NCBI GenBank assembly: GCA_002189035.1
Contig: NEEC01000008.1
Location: 1,302,001 to 1,366,000 of the forward strand
DNA length: 64,000 nt
Source: Utricularia gibba
Taxonomy: Eukaryota > Plantae > Magnoliophyta
Direction: 5' to 3'
Under the pieces are notes generated by a model. That model did not search any database and was not told where the DNA came from. It saw nothing but the letters and a program-made list of their open reading frames with translations. Below, in pieces: positions 26,010-37,533 of this stretch; within the stretch, counting starts at the first letter, position 1, and every line of letters starts with the position of its first letter. The position numbers were made by a program, and so were the translations under genes.

Positions 26010-26114
26010 ATGACTTGGGAAACTGTGATAGCATGGAATTTGGATCCATTGAGGAAACGAAAAGGTGGCTTGAAAACAAAACAGGCTGGGCGTGGTTCTT
26101 GCAGAGGGAGTTAG
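26010..26114 (+). CDS. Upstream peptide ORF of LHW (34 aa, MTWETVIAWNLDPLRKRKGGLKTKQAGRGSCRGS), conserved-peptide-uORF type
   Basis: ATG 26010 to TAG 26112-26114, ending 134 nt before the LHW ATG. The C-terminal GL..KQAGRGS.RGS resembles the conserved uORF of LHW/LHL transcripts as I recall it. Confidence 0.75.
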   Translation: MTWETVIAWNLDPLRKRKGGLKTKQAGRGSCRGS

Positions 26115-26248
26115 GCTGATGTCTCTTGAACAAGCAAGAAGAAGAGGGGGAATGTTTCCTTTATTCCTCTGATTTCTGACCTCAGTTTTATTAGTGAAAA
26201 TTAGTTATCTTTTTAGTATCGCTGGAGAGTATTGCCATTTGATTTCAA

Positions 26249-29200
26249 ATGGGGTATTTTTTGAAAGAGGCTTTGAAGACTCTTTGTGGAGTCAACCGAT
26301 GGTCTTATGCTGTTTTCTGGAAGATCGGCTTCCAAAATCCAAAGTGAGTTCGTTCAAAACTTTCTTGATGGCTGTCTATGTATCAAGTCTGTGTTTCTTT
26401 CCATTTTTTTGTTGTTTACTACTTTACTCTAAACAAGACGAAACATTGATTCTCCCATCCATTCTCTATCCCACGTCAGGAGCTTTGATGTGACCTTAGT
26501 AGATATCGAAGCTGGGTTATTGATTTGTTTTTGCAGGTTTACTGTTATGTTTTAAGAATTACTTGTTAGGATTATGTCTAAGATTGCTTAGTTTGTTGGT
26601 TATCATTTACACCATTCGGAATTTATTGTTGTCCCTTTTTTCCTATCTCTTCACTGGCCTTCACTTTCCATGCTTGGAGTTACCCGGTTGGTGAATCCAA
26701 TTTATCTCTGAGAATCTTCTTGCATTGAAGAAATAGTTTTTATGCGTTTTTTTAGGAAGATACGCCCTTCTGTCCTTTTCGTGGAGAATCTACTTATTAT
26801 TTCCCTTGTGAGGTTTACATTTTCTTGTTTTTGTTTTCGGGATGTTTCATGCGTTTCTTCTTAACATGTCAAATACGCCAACTCTGTTATTGAGTACACC
26901 TGGATATTTTCTAGGCTTCTAGTATGGGAAGACTGCTACCATGAGAGTTCATCAGACCCGAGATTTTCGGAGTTCCCTGGAAGTTCTACTCTTGAAAATA
27001 TCTGTCATGAATCTCAGGATAGGGGGAGTTTGCATTTGCTTGTAAACAAGATGATGTTTAACAACCAAGTTATTGTTGTTGGAGAAGGGTAAGGCACAAC
27101 CGATAGAATTCCTGTCTTTTCTTCTTTAGATAATGGAAATATTCTTAAACTGCACTCTGGTTTTCTCAGATTAGTTGGAAAAGCTGCATTTACAGGGATT
27201 ACCAGTGGATCCTGTCCGAGGATTTTTATCAACAAAATCATCATCACGAGGTAAATATGACATCAAAATCTGCTAGATAGGCTTCTGAGCTGCTTATCAT
27301 GGATGCCTTCGTGATTTATTTCACCTCATGTTTTTGTGGCCTTCCAGGTTCAGAACGAAGTATTTCAGCAATTCTTAGGTGGAATGCAGGTGTAGTTTCA
27401 TGATTATCTTCGTTTTCATCCAAACCATGATTTGTGTACTGCTGAAAATTTACTCTGCTCTGTCGGTTGCACAGACAGTTGCGGTCATTCCTGTTCTTCC
27501 ACATGGAGTCATTCAACTTGGATCATTCTTAACCGTATGTTTCTGCAACATATTTATATTCACATAAAAATTGAACGCTTCCTTAACCAAAAAATTGAAA
27601 TTTGTCGATGATATTCATGTGCTGAAATTTCTGATTGTGGTGGTTTATGATCTTGCATTTCATGCTTCTAGATCCCAGAAAATGTTGACTTTGTGAATGA
27701 TGTGGCTGCATTAATACTACACCTTGGATATTTATCTAGTGGCCTTCCTTCCGAGAATTCTGCAAGAAATGGATATCCTCCAAGGCTTAATTTTTCGGTT
27801 TCCCATGGAGACGCAACCATAACTGGCTTGTCTAAGGAGTCCAACGTTTTTGACGCCCATTGTTCATTCAACTCAATGGATTGTTTTCCATACTCTCAGC
27901 AAGCTTCCCTTCTGGATCCATCACTGTCCACTGGCATCCAAAATGAATTGCTGCTTAATGGTGCTCTCTTTTCGAGATACCAAGAGTATCCTAAAATTGT
28001 TCCAGAGGTTAAGCTGAAGTGTTCTTCCTCACCCCACATGAATGGTAGTTCAGAAGCTAGGATGGAACAGTCTAACTCATGTTATGTCTCAGGTTCAGCG
28101 CTAGATATATCTTCTGCAGAGGACAGTTTCAGAAAAATACCAGCTGACTTAAATGCTGTACTTGGACGTGGCCTGAGCAGATCGGCCGTAGCATCTTCGA
28201 ATTATATGATGAATGCTGATGGACATAGCTTTTGTAGCCATGCTGCAGCTCCTGTTGGGATCAAGCCTGCAATGCAGACTTGCCACTCATTGAACGTTGC
28301 ACGTCCCACAGTGAATTCATTTCTGTCTAATGGCTCTAGTGCCAAACTTGATCACAGGGAGGAAGCTCTTTCATCAAATGGATTAAATGCCTCCAAGGTA
28401 GAAATGCTGTTTGAAGAATCATTTGCTCGGCCCGGATGCAGTGATGATCTTTTCGATGCTTTGGGGGCGGATTTCAAGAATAAATTGCTCAGTGGCTGCT
28501 GGAATAGCTCCCTGGAAAATGAACCGGTTGCTAATATGGAAGCCTCTGAGTATCGCTCATCTATGAAACAGGCCATGGCTTCACTAGATGCTAATAATGC
28601 TCACACAGAGAGCTCTGAAAATGGGTGTTTTTCCATCCCATCAACGGTGTTGAAGGTTCAAGCCTCAATGACAAGCGCAGACCTCAGCAGCTCTTGCAAA
28701 ACAACATTGACAACTATGTGTTGCTCCTTCGCTCCCAATCCTTCCCCATCTTATTGTCAGTCAGCTTCGTTTTCACATGGAGCTAGTTCTGTTTGTGGAT
28801 CACAACTGACTTCTTTCTTAGAAAGCAATCAGAAAGCAACCCAGGGCAGCAGCGTGTCTACAGAGTTCTCGAAAAAACCTTGTGTTGCAGGCAAAGCAAC
28901 TCGCAAGAGGCTTAAACCTGGAGACAATCCTAGACCAAGACCAAAAGACCGTCAAATGATTCAAGATCGAGTTAAGGAACTAAGAGAAATAGTGCCAAAC
29001 GGGGGAAAGGTAGTAACCTGAATTGAACTTTCCATCATGCATGCAGTTCACGTTATGTTCCATACGAATGCCCTTTCTATTGCAGTGTAGCATTGACGCT
29101 CTACTGGAACGCACCATCAAACATATGCTCTTCCTACAAAGCGTAATGAAGCATGCTGACAAGCTAAAGCAATCTGGGGAGTCTAAGGTGTGAAATCATC

Positions 29201-29852
29201 AGCCATTTGCTGCACAGATAATTTTGAATCATTCACCACTCAAACAGATACTTAATTCTATTACTTTCTGGAATGCAGATTATAAGCAAGAATAGCAGCT
29301 TGGTTTCAAGAAACAACTTCGAAGGAGGAACTACATGGGCATATGAAGTGGGCTCACAATCTATGGTGCCCCCTATAGTTGTGGAGAATCTACATCAACC
29401 CGCCAACTGCGTGTCGAGGTAATGCACCTCATTTTCTGACCAGAATCATATAGCAGAACTACTACCTCCATTACTAACACATGCAGGCCTTCTTCTGTTA
29501 CAGATGCTTTGCGAAGAAAGCGGGTTGTTCTTAGAGATAGCCGATGTAATAAGGGGACTGGGGTTAACCATCCTCAAGGGTGTCATGGAGACACGGGGTG
29601 ACAAGATATGGGCTCGTTTTGTCGTCGAGGTAGTGCTTCGACTTCTCCTCAGAACCAGAACCTCCATCATTTGTGACTGATGTTGGGCTCAAACAGGCAC
29701 ACAGGGACATCACAAGGATGGAGGTCTTCATCTCATTAGTCCACCTTCTGGAACAAGGCGCTGAAGATGGAGCTACACAGCCACATGGCTTCAGCAGCAG
29801 CACCAAAAACACGAACCCTGAACAACTTCACACGGTTGCACCAGACCCTTGA
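26249..29852 (+). CDS. LHW: LONESOME HIGHWAY-like bHLH transcription factor, 10 exons; -1 frameshifts at 27195-27197 and 29399-29401
   Basis: MGYFLKEALKTLCGVNRWSYAVFWKIG..KLLVWEDCY; TVAVIPVLPHGVIQLGS; KRLKPGDNPRPRPKDRQMIQDRVKELREIVPNGGK; CSIDALLERTIKHMLFLQSV; MLCEESGLFLEIADVIRGLGLTILKG. GT-AG introns throughout. Confidence 0.92.
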
Positions 29853-31337
29853 CACCGATCATGCGAAGCCGCCGGAGTCGGATCATCGATGTGTTGAGAG
29901 CGAGTGTCGATAAGTTCGCCGTGACGAACACATCTTCAAGGATTCCCCCCAGCCAAATAAGTGAAGGTCTCTGTTAGCTGTATCACATGCAATAGACAAC
30001 TATGCTTCTTTCCTCTGCTATCGCCATACGTCATAACACCTCAATTTTTTTTTATAATAGAAAGTAAGGGCCCCACATGGTCAACCGGCAGGTGGGTGCC
30101 GGGGAGAAATTGATTAAAAAGGTTTGAATAAATTAATAAAAGATTCCCACAACGTGGGCCTACGTGATATTGGGCCATGGACAATAATGATGATGGCCTC
30201 CTGACATCGAGCATCATCCTTAGCACATCAAGTGGCACCGCCCCTGCACAGTAACTTTCTTCCCGTTTCACTTCCTTCACGAAATATACATATTTTCGTT
30301 TCAATTTTTTCATTTTGAGTTTAGTTTGTGGACAATATTCCAAGTTACAATCAATATAAAAATTTTAACATTTAAATTTTAAAATTATGTTATAGGTTCT
30401 TTAATTTTTTTTATAAATAATTCAATACCAAATTTTTGAAATTATATTTAATCTCCTATATTATCAAAATTATTCGATTTTTATTTTTAAAATTTTTTTG
30501 AAAACTATTTGAATTTTTATTACATGGTTTGATAATTTAAAATATTTTTTTATAATTTTGAAACTTGAAATTTAAATTACTTATACTGACTTAAATTTGA
30601 AATTTTTTTATAATATTTTTCTCATTTTCTATATATATAAATTGTAAAATATTTATTTTATATACTTTTTGATAAATATAATGATATTTTAAATACATAA
30701 ATACATAATTAAAAGTGTCACCATACATCACAATCAAAAATATTTCATAAATCAAGGGGAATTATTAAAATATTTTAAATGGCAAAAACATTGTGAACTT
30801 TTTTTTATAAATAATTGATGATGTGAACCATTAAATCGCAATTCAAATTAATTAAACTGTTTATTTTAATTTTATATAATCTTTGAGTCGTTTTTTATTG
30901 GAAGTGATGTGAAGTTTTCAATAAAAATTATTAGTTATTTCCAAATGAACAATAATTACAAGTTTAAAAAAACAAATATCTATCACGTGCTTATCCACTT
31001 TTGTTTTTCAATAGACGTGCCAGCCTTGCTCTCTTTACAACCTTATGTTTCTAATCTCGGAAACATCAAATTCAACCACTTCCCAACTCCCAAGCTAACT
31101 GCCCGCATTTTCTCCTCCATTTTCCCAATATTTTAATTACAATTTACAATTTTTTCTATTCCTCCTGACCCATGGGCTTCCGGGTTCCTTTGAAGGATCC
31201 GACCCTAAATTTGGAAATAAAAAACCACTAGAAAACAAATATGCTGGAGCAGGTGTTTTGATTGCTGTTAGGCTCCAACTTGCGGAATTGTTTTCCAATG
31301 CATTAAATAACCGCTCCCAAACAGACCCATCCCAGGC

Positions 31338-31373
31338 GTGTCCATGTCCGAGTCCGTGTCCGGGTCCGCGTCC
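31338..31373. repeat. Six tandem NNGTCC hexamers upstream of the UGT
   Basis: gtgtcc-atgtcc-gagtcc-gtgtcc-gggtcc-gcgtcc. Confidence 0.8.
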
Positions 31374-31514
31374 CAGCCCAGTGTCGTGAACTCTCAGGCA
31401 ATCTTTTTTTATAAATAATAAGGTTGAGATGAGGAAGACGGTGCCCCGCCCCTATCCACCACTGGACAACGGAGAAGGGAGAAAGAAGAAGGTAAGCGTA
31501 GGGTTACTTGTTCA

Positions 31515-32892
31515 ATGGAGCACCGCCACGTGGTCATCTACACTTTCCCTGCTCAAGGCCACCTCAACCCGGCTCTGCAGTTCGCCTACCGCCTCAACTC
31601 CGTGGGCGTCACGGTCACCTTCGTAACCAGCCTCTCCGCCCGCGCCAAGATCGACAAGGACGTCGTCGCCGGCGCGCAGGGGAAGTTATTGAGGTTCGCA
31701 TACTACTCCGATGGCTTCGACGGCGGATTTACCTTCCGTGACAACATGGATAAGCTGAAAACGGAGATGCGTAGGGAAAGCACCAAGACTCTGAGAGAGA
31801 CCCTCGCGGCTGCGGAGGAGGAGGGCCTGCCCGTGACGTACGTAGTTTACACTCTGCTTCTGCAATGGGCGGCAGCGGTGGCGCGTGAGTACCACGTTCC
31901 GGCTGCTCTGTTATGGATCCAGCCCGCGGCGGTATTGGCGATTTATTATTACTACTTCAATGGCTTGGAGGTGGAGATCTCCTCCAAATCCGACGACCCG
32001 GATTGGAAACTTCAGTTGCCGGGTATTCCTACTCGTTTTCCCAACGGGATATTCCTTCTTTCCTGCTTCCTTCCTCCCTTCCCTGTTTCAGTTCTCGGCG
32101 CTGCAGAGCTTCAAGGAGCAAATCGATTTCCTGCATTCGGAATCCAATCCGAATATTCTCGTAAACACGTTCGACGAATTGGAGACGGAGATCCTCCAAG
32201 GCCTGGGAAACTGGAAACTGATCGGGGTCGGCCCATTGGTCCCTTACTCCATCATCGACAAAAAAGATGGCGTATTCGGAGAACCAAAAGAAGACTACAT
32301 CGAATGGCTGAGTTCCAAGCCAAACCACTCTGTAGTATACGTCTCCTTCGGGAGCTTGCTGTCTCATCCGAAAGAGCAGATGGAGAAGATAGCGAAAGGA
32401 TTGCTCACCACAAAAAGACCATTCTTGTGGATCATTCGAGATGACAAGAAAGACGACGATGACCACAAGAAAAAGCTAACGGAAGAGGTTCAGGGCTTCG
32501 GAAAAATCGTTTCTTGGTGCAAGCAGCTGGAAGTCCTCACCCACCCCTCTCTGGGGTGCTTCATGTCGCACTGCGGATGGAATTCCACAATCGAGAGCTT
32601 GGCGTGCGGTGTCCCCATGGTGGCTTTCCCTCACTGGACTGATCAAGGAACGAACGCGAAGATGATAGAAGACGTGTGGAGAGTAGGAGTAAGAGTGAAA
32701 GCAGGCGATGGAGGGATAGTTGAGGATGAGGAGATCAGCAGATGCATTGAACTGGTTATGGATGGAGGGGAAAGCAGCAGAGAAATGAGGTACAATGCTC
32801 AGAAATGGAAGGCTTCTGCAAGAAAAGCTGCCCTTGAGGAAAATGGGAGCTCTAGAAAAAATCTCATGGAATTTGTAGGGCATTTGTCTTGA
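31515..32892 (+). CDS. UDP-glycosyltransferase, UGT75-like, intronless; two -1 frameshifts at about 32036-32085
   Basis: FPAQGHLNPALQFA, YSDGFDGG, VVYTLLLQWA..VAREYHVPAALLWIQPA, and PSPG box WCKQLEVLTHPSLGCFMSHCGWNSTIESLACGVPMVAFPHWTDQ. The bridging SQRDIPSFLLPS lies in the third frame. Confidence 0.9.
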
Positions 32893-33651
32893 ATAATCAT
32901 TCTACTTTTACTTCCTTTTATTCACAATTCAAGAATTATATTTCATAACTTGTATGGAGTTTTAGTTATGTGATTTAAATTTTAGATACATTTGATAGAT
33001 AGATTTAAATAAAAAGTTAGTACAAAGTATTAGAAGTTTACTATAAAGCACTTTCATTTCTTTGTTTTCAATGATAAAAAGTTTAAATTTATCTAAAAAT
33101 AATTTTTAAATTAAAATATTAATTTAATTTAAAACTTATTAACAACCATCCATATTAAATAAAGCATCATTAATTTAAAAAGGTTGGTTTAAATATTCCT
33201 AACCTGAAGGTGCTAATTGACTTTAGTATGCTTGTAGACCTTGATAGGGTGTATGTAAAACATGTTTATATCACTCCAAACAAGTATATGCTCTATTTAA
33301 TAGATGTGATATGATTTTTTAAATAATTATTTTTTTAAAGTTATTGTCTAATGTAAGTTTTATTAATCAAAAAAATTATTGAAAGATGATCTTATGTTAG
33401 TCTTTAGAAGACATTTACTATGATTAAAACGATAGAAATATTGTGATATATTTCAAATCTTTATTATGCTGATATATTTATTTTAAATATATCTATAGCT
33501 GCAATAATAAGATTATAAACATATCTATGTAAATTTTATTTATCAAATTAACTATTAATTATTACATAAGTAGTGATTATTTAAATATAAATAATTAAAC
33601 TTTATATCAAATGTATTTGAAGTAAAATTCGATCTTCCGACGTGAACTGAT

Positions 33652-33776
33652 TGGGCTGGGCTTTAGAAATGTGAGCCTACGGTAACTTACTGAAGCCCAA
33701 GAAAAAGATGGACAGGCTGCGATAATTAAGGCCCATAGTTCAAAAGACAAAGAGCTGAGATAAGGCCCCAGGCCCA
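33652..33776 (+). promoter_or_regulatory. Site II cluster with no recognised adjacent gene start
   Basis: TGGGCT at 33652 and 33657, AGCCCA at 33694, GGCCCA at 33730 and 33771. Confidence 0.4.
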
Positions 33777-35823
33777 AGCCGCTCAGACGGGTGGGGTTAT
33801 CTTCTTCTACCTTCAGCCGAAACAGCTCATCTTTGGCTTCGATTTTTTTCCCTGTTCCAGCTCCAGGTCGTAACAAAATCCCATGAGGGAATCTTCGAAA
33901 CACGTAAAACGAAAGGAACCTGACAAAACAGGCCCCGAATCGCCCAAAATGCCTTCGCAGGAGCTTCACAAGAGATTCCTTCTCTAGCAACTGTTTCTTT
34001 GAAGTGGCAGCGAGGATTTACTCATCTTCTTCGCTAAACCCAAAATCAGGAACTCAGCATGCGAGTTGCGAAGCGCGGAGGAAAAGGTTGTTTATTAAGT
34101 TTCTAAACAAGGGCATTTTGCACCCAATGCCCATTTCAGTCGAGAGTCACCGTTCTCAGTTTCCGGTGGACGCCGTCGTCTGCAATTTCCGGTCGCCCAA
34201 TCCACATCCACGAATTCTGGAATCCCCAAGTCAATGTTTTTGAAACATAGTTCATTATTTCGTTTCAGATCTGTGAGTAATTGAAAAAGAATGAATTTTT
34301 ACCGAGGCAGTAAAATCAACGACATATTTCAAAAGGGCTACAAGCTTACAGCAGCTATTTATTGGGTAGAATTAAAAAAAGGGGTGAATTTTAAAGGGAA
34401 GGGCAGAGAGAGATCTGCGAAAGTGAGGGGAGGTGGGCAGCGCAGGATGTGTCGCTTTCGCTCCCGTCTGTATATGCCGCGAAATCCGGACTCCAGCCTC
34501 AGCCCCCAGTCCCACCTCCCGTTGTAGTTACTGTAGAAAACGATGGGATAAGTGAAACCATGGGAAGCAAAGTCCGGCCCTTCAAACGGAAGGGAAACTG
34601 TCACGGAGGCAGAGGCAGTGTGAAAAAGGTTGGTGAAGCGTATTATTGTGAGCATTATTAGAGAAAGGGTTGTCTTATCTAAGCGGCATAATTGAATGGG
34701 CATCTTATCTTTCCATCCATCTCTAGGTAACTTTTGCAATTTTGACAGTGGAGAGTCAGTGAAATAATTTGTGGTTAGGGTGGTGTCATCTACTGCGACA
34801 TCCATTCTCCAGTTCACTGTGTTGTCGCTTGGTTTAGGTAACATACCGCTGGACGCATTGCACTTTCATTATTAGATGCTGTTGCATTCCATCGCAGCAC
34901 TCAACCTTCTGCACTTCTCAGAGAGCTGTAGTAGCAAGTGGTGTAGTCACTTCCAAAGGAGACAAAAGGAGCCCTCGACCAGACTCCTCAACAAGGACTA
35001 TTCGGCCTCAAACAGTTGATCAAGTGGTGAGTTTTATGAATTCAGATGGACTTGGAAACTTACATGATGATGGAAATACATGCTCATTATTGAGGGGGTG
35101 GGGGAGTGGAGTTTGCAGTATGTGGGGGAAATGGGAGGAGCATCTGGGTTGACCCTGTGCTGAGCGCTCCCAGCTCACGTCGTCTTGTTTTTCGTGATAA
35201 AAAAACAATCTTTTCTTGGGGTGATGTTGATCCGCCTTTATGCATAAAATATTGCTTTTATCTCAAGGGAGACCAATTTCGTTGAGACATGAGTGGGTGA
35301 TTCGGCGTCATCAAATTCCTTTTTCTACGTCACTACAAAACAATACGGAGAGATGGAAGATGGAGCTGAGCTGAGCTCAGAAGTGAGAACACAGCAGCAC
35401 TCCCCACATTTCCCTTCACTCCCCTTCCTTTAAATCCTCCATTTTTCTCAGATCTTTGCTTATGCTCTTCTCCACCCAAATGCAAGCTTCCCTTTCCTGC
35501 TCTCTGTGTTGATTCGAATCTGGGAAATGGGCTCTCCGGAGACCTCTTTTTCTTTTTGAGTATCACCATATGACCCATGTTTTGATTTCCTGGTTTCCAC
35601 TACAGGGAAGCTGTGAACTTCTCCCACACTTCGCTGAATCCCAAGTCTAAAAAAGCTCTAGTTGTTGTTGCTGCTGCTCCCGTGGTATTTTTAGTACTAG
35701 GGCTGGGGTTGTTCTAATCGCTGCTGAAACTGTACCCACTGCTCGCTTTCAGGGGCCAATGTTATGATCAGTTTGGGAGATTCGTGCAGAGTATGAGGAA
35801 ATCATGGAGATGGGAGGAGGGAA

Positions 35824-36920
35824 ATGAAGGTAAGGCAAAGATGGCGCCCTGAAGAAGATGCATTGCTTCGTTCATATGTTAAGCAATACGGACCCAGAGA
35901 CTGGAATTTGGTATCTCAGCGTATGAATGTCACCCTCAACCGTGACGCCAAGTCTTGCTTAGAACGGTGGAAGAATTATCTGAAGCCTGGAATCAAGAAA
36001 GGGTCATTGAGTGAGGAAGAGCAGCGCCTTGTGATTCATCTGCAGGCTAAGCACGGTAACAAATGGAAGAAAATTGCGGCTGAGGTCCCCGGCCGGACGG
36101 CGAAGCGGCTGGGCAAGTGGTGGGAAGTGTTCAAGGAGAAGCAGCAGAGGGAATTGAAGGAGAGCAACAAGAGTGTTGAACCCATTGAGGAGAGAAAGTA
36201 CAATCGCATTCTCCAAAGTTTTGCTGAGAAGCTTGTGGAGCAGGGTAACCTATTGGCCGGAATTACAATGCCGATGCCTCTTACAAACGGCGGATTTATT
36301 CACTCCGATCAGCCGGTGCCTTCTCCTGTGCTTCCTCCGTGGCTTGCTAGCTCCAGCTCTAGTTCAATCACTGCTAATGTTAGACCCCCATCACCATCTG
36401 TAACTCTGAGTCTTTCACCCATAACTGTCCCACATGCACCTCCAATTCCTTGGCTGCAAGGAGATAAGGCAACGGAGAGTACCTCTCACAGTCTGATCAG
36501 CAACCTTCCTTCAACTGGGATGGTTAATCCCTTGGCTGTGCAGAATACCCCTCTCCTCTCGGAGATTGTTGAATGCTGCAGGGAACTGGAGGAAGGGCAT
36601 CAAGCATGGATGGCTCATCGCAAAGAAGCTGCGTGGAGACTGAAGCGTGTAGAGCTGCAGTTGGAGTCTGAGAAAGCAAGCAAAAGGAAGGAGAAAATGG
36701 AGGAAATAGAAGCTAAAATAAACGCCTTGAGGGAAGAGCAGAAAGCTACATTGGATTGGATCGAAGCTGAGTACAGGGAGCAGTTGATGGGCTGAGGAGG
36801 GAGGCGGAGGCTAAAGAACAGAAGCTCGCAGAGCAGTGGTCCGCAAAGCACCTTCGCCTAATGAAGTTTCTTGAGCAGATGGGGGGCGGAGGCATTGCTT
36901 CCGGAACAAGTGGAAGATGA
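35824..36920 (+). CDS. AS1: ASYMMETRIC LEAVES1/PHANTASTICA/RS2 R2R3-MYB; -1 frameshift at 36789-36791
   Basis: [81 protein letters not shown] and [20 protein letters not shown]. One added G restores [31 protein letters not shown] to TGA 36918-36920. Confidence 0.95.
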
Positions 36921-37533
36921 AGCTCCATGCCAGACAACTGTTCTATTGAGCATAGAGATAATGTATGTCTATTTAGCAATTGGAACTAATGTACCAGCCT
37001 AAAGTTTCTATCTTTCTCGCAGGACTGGGCAATATTGCATTATGACTACGTACCTGTGTTACTGTACTCATCCAGTTGATACGCAGACACTGGTGTAACA
37101 TAAGGAAACATATTAGGAGAGTGATCTGCTATTTTACCAAGGATCTTTGTAGTTCCCGTGTCTGAGTACAACACATATCTGCCTCCAGAAGAGAGGATTT
37201 ATTTCATAGAACAGTTATCCTTGATGCATTTCCAAGTCATAATCTACTCGTATTCGAAATGCTCCTGTACATGTCTATCACAGCGTTTGAAAAGAATGAT
37301 GTATTAACAGATGGTGGGGGATACTAAACATGCTCCGCAACTTCTCCAGCACACAGGTAGATTCAGCCAGCAAATGACATAACTGACGGCTGAAGGGAAT
37401 GCACTTCTTTTTGAAATCTCTATAACTGACAAACAAAATTATAAAGTAAAAAAGCAAGCGGAGAAAATGAAATGGCTCCAAGTTTTCAACGACAAGCAAA
37501 TTCAGCGGGGTATATGCGTCAAGAAGAGTTACC

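Noticed and set aside
2039-32892. DHDPS + SSL x2 + UGT75 as an alkaloid biosynthetic gene cluster
   Set aside because: DHDPS is dead, SSL3-type proteins are not shown to be Pictet-Spenglerases, the UGT is 22 kb away behind unrelated transcription factors, and there are no P450s or other tailoring enzymes.
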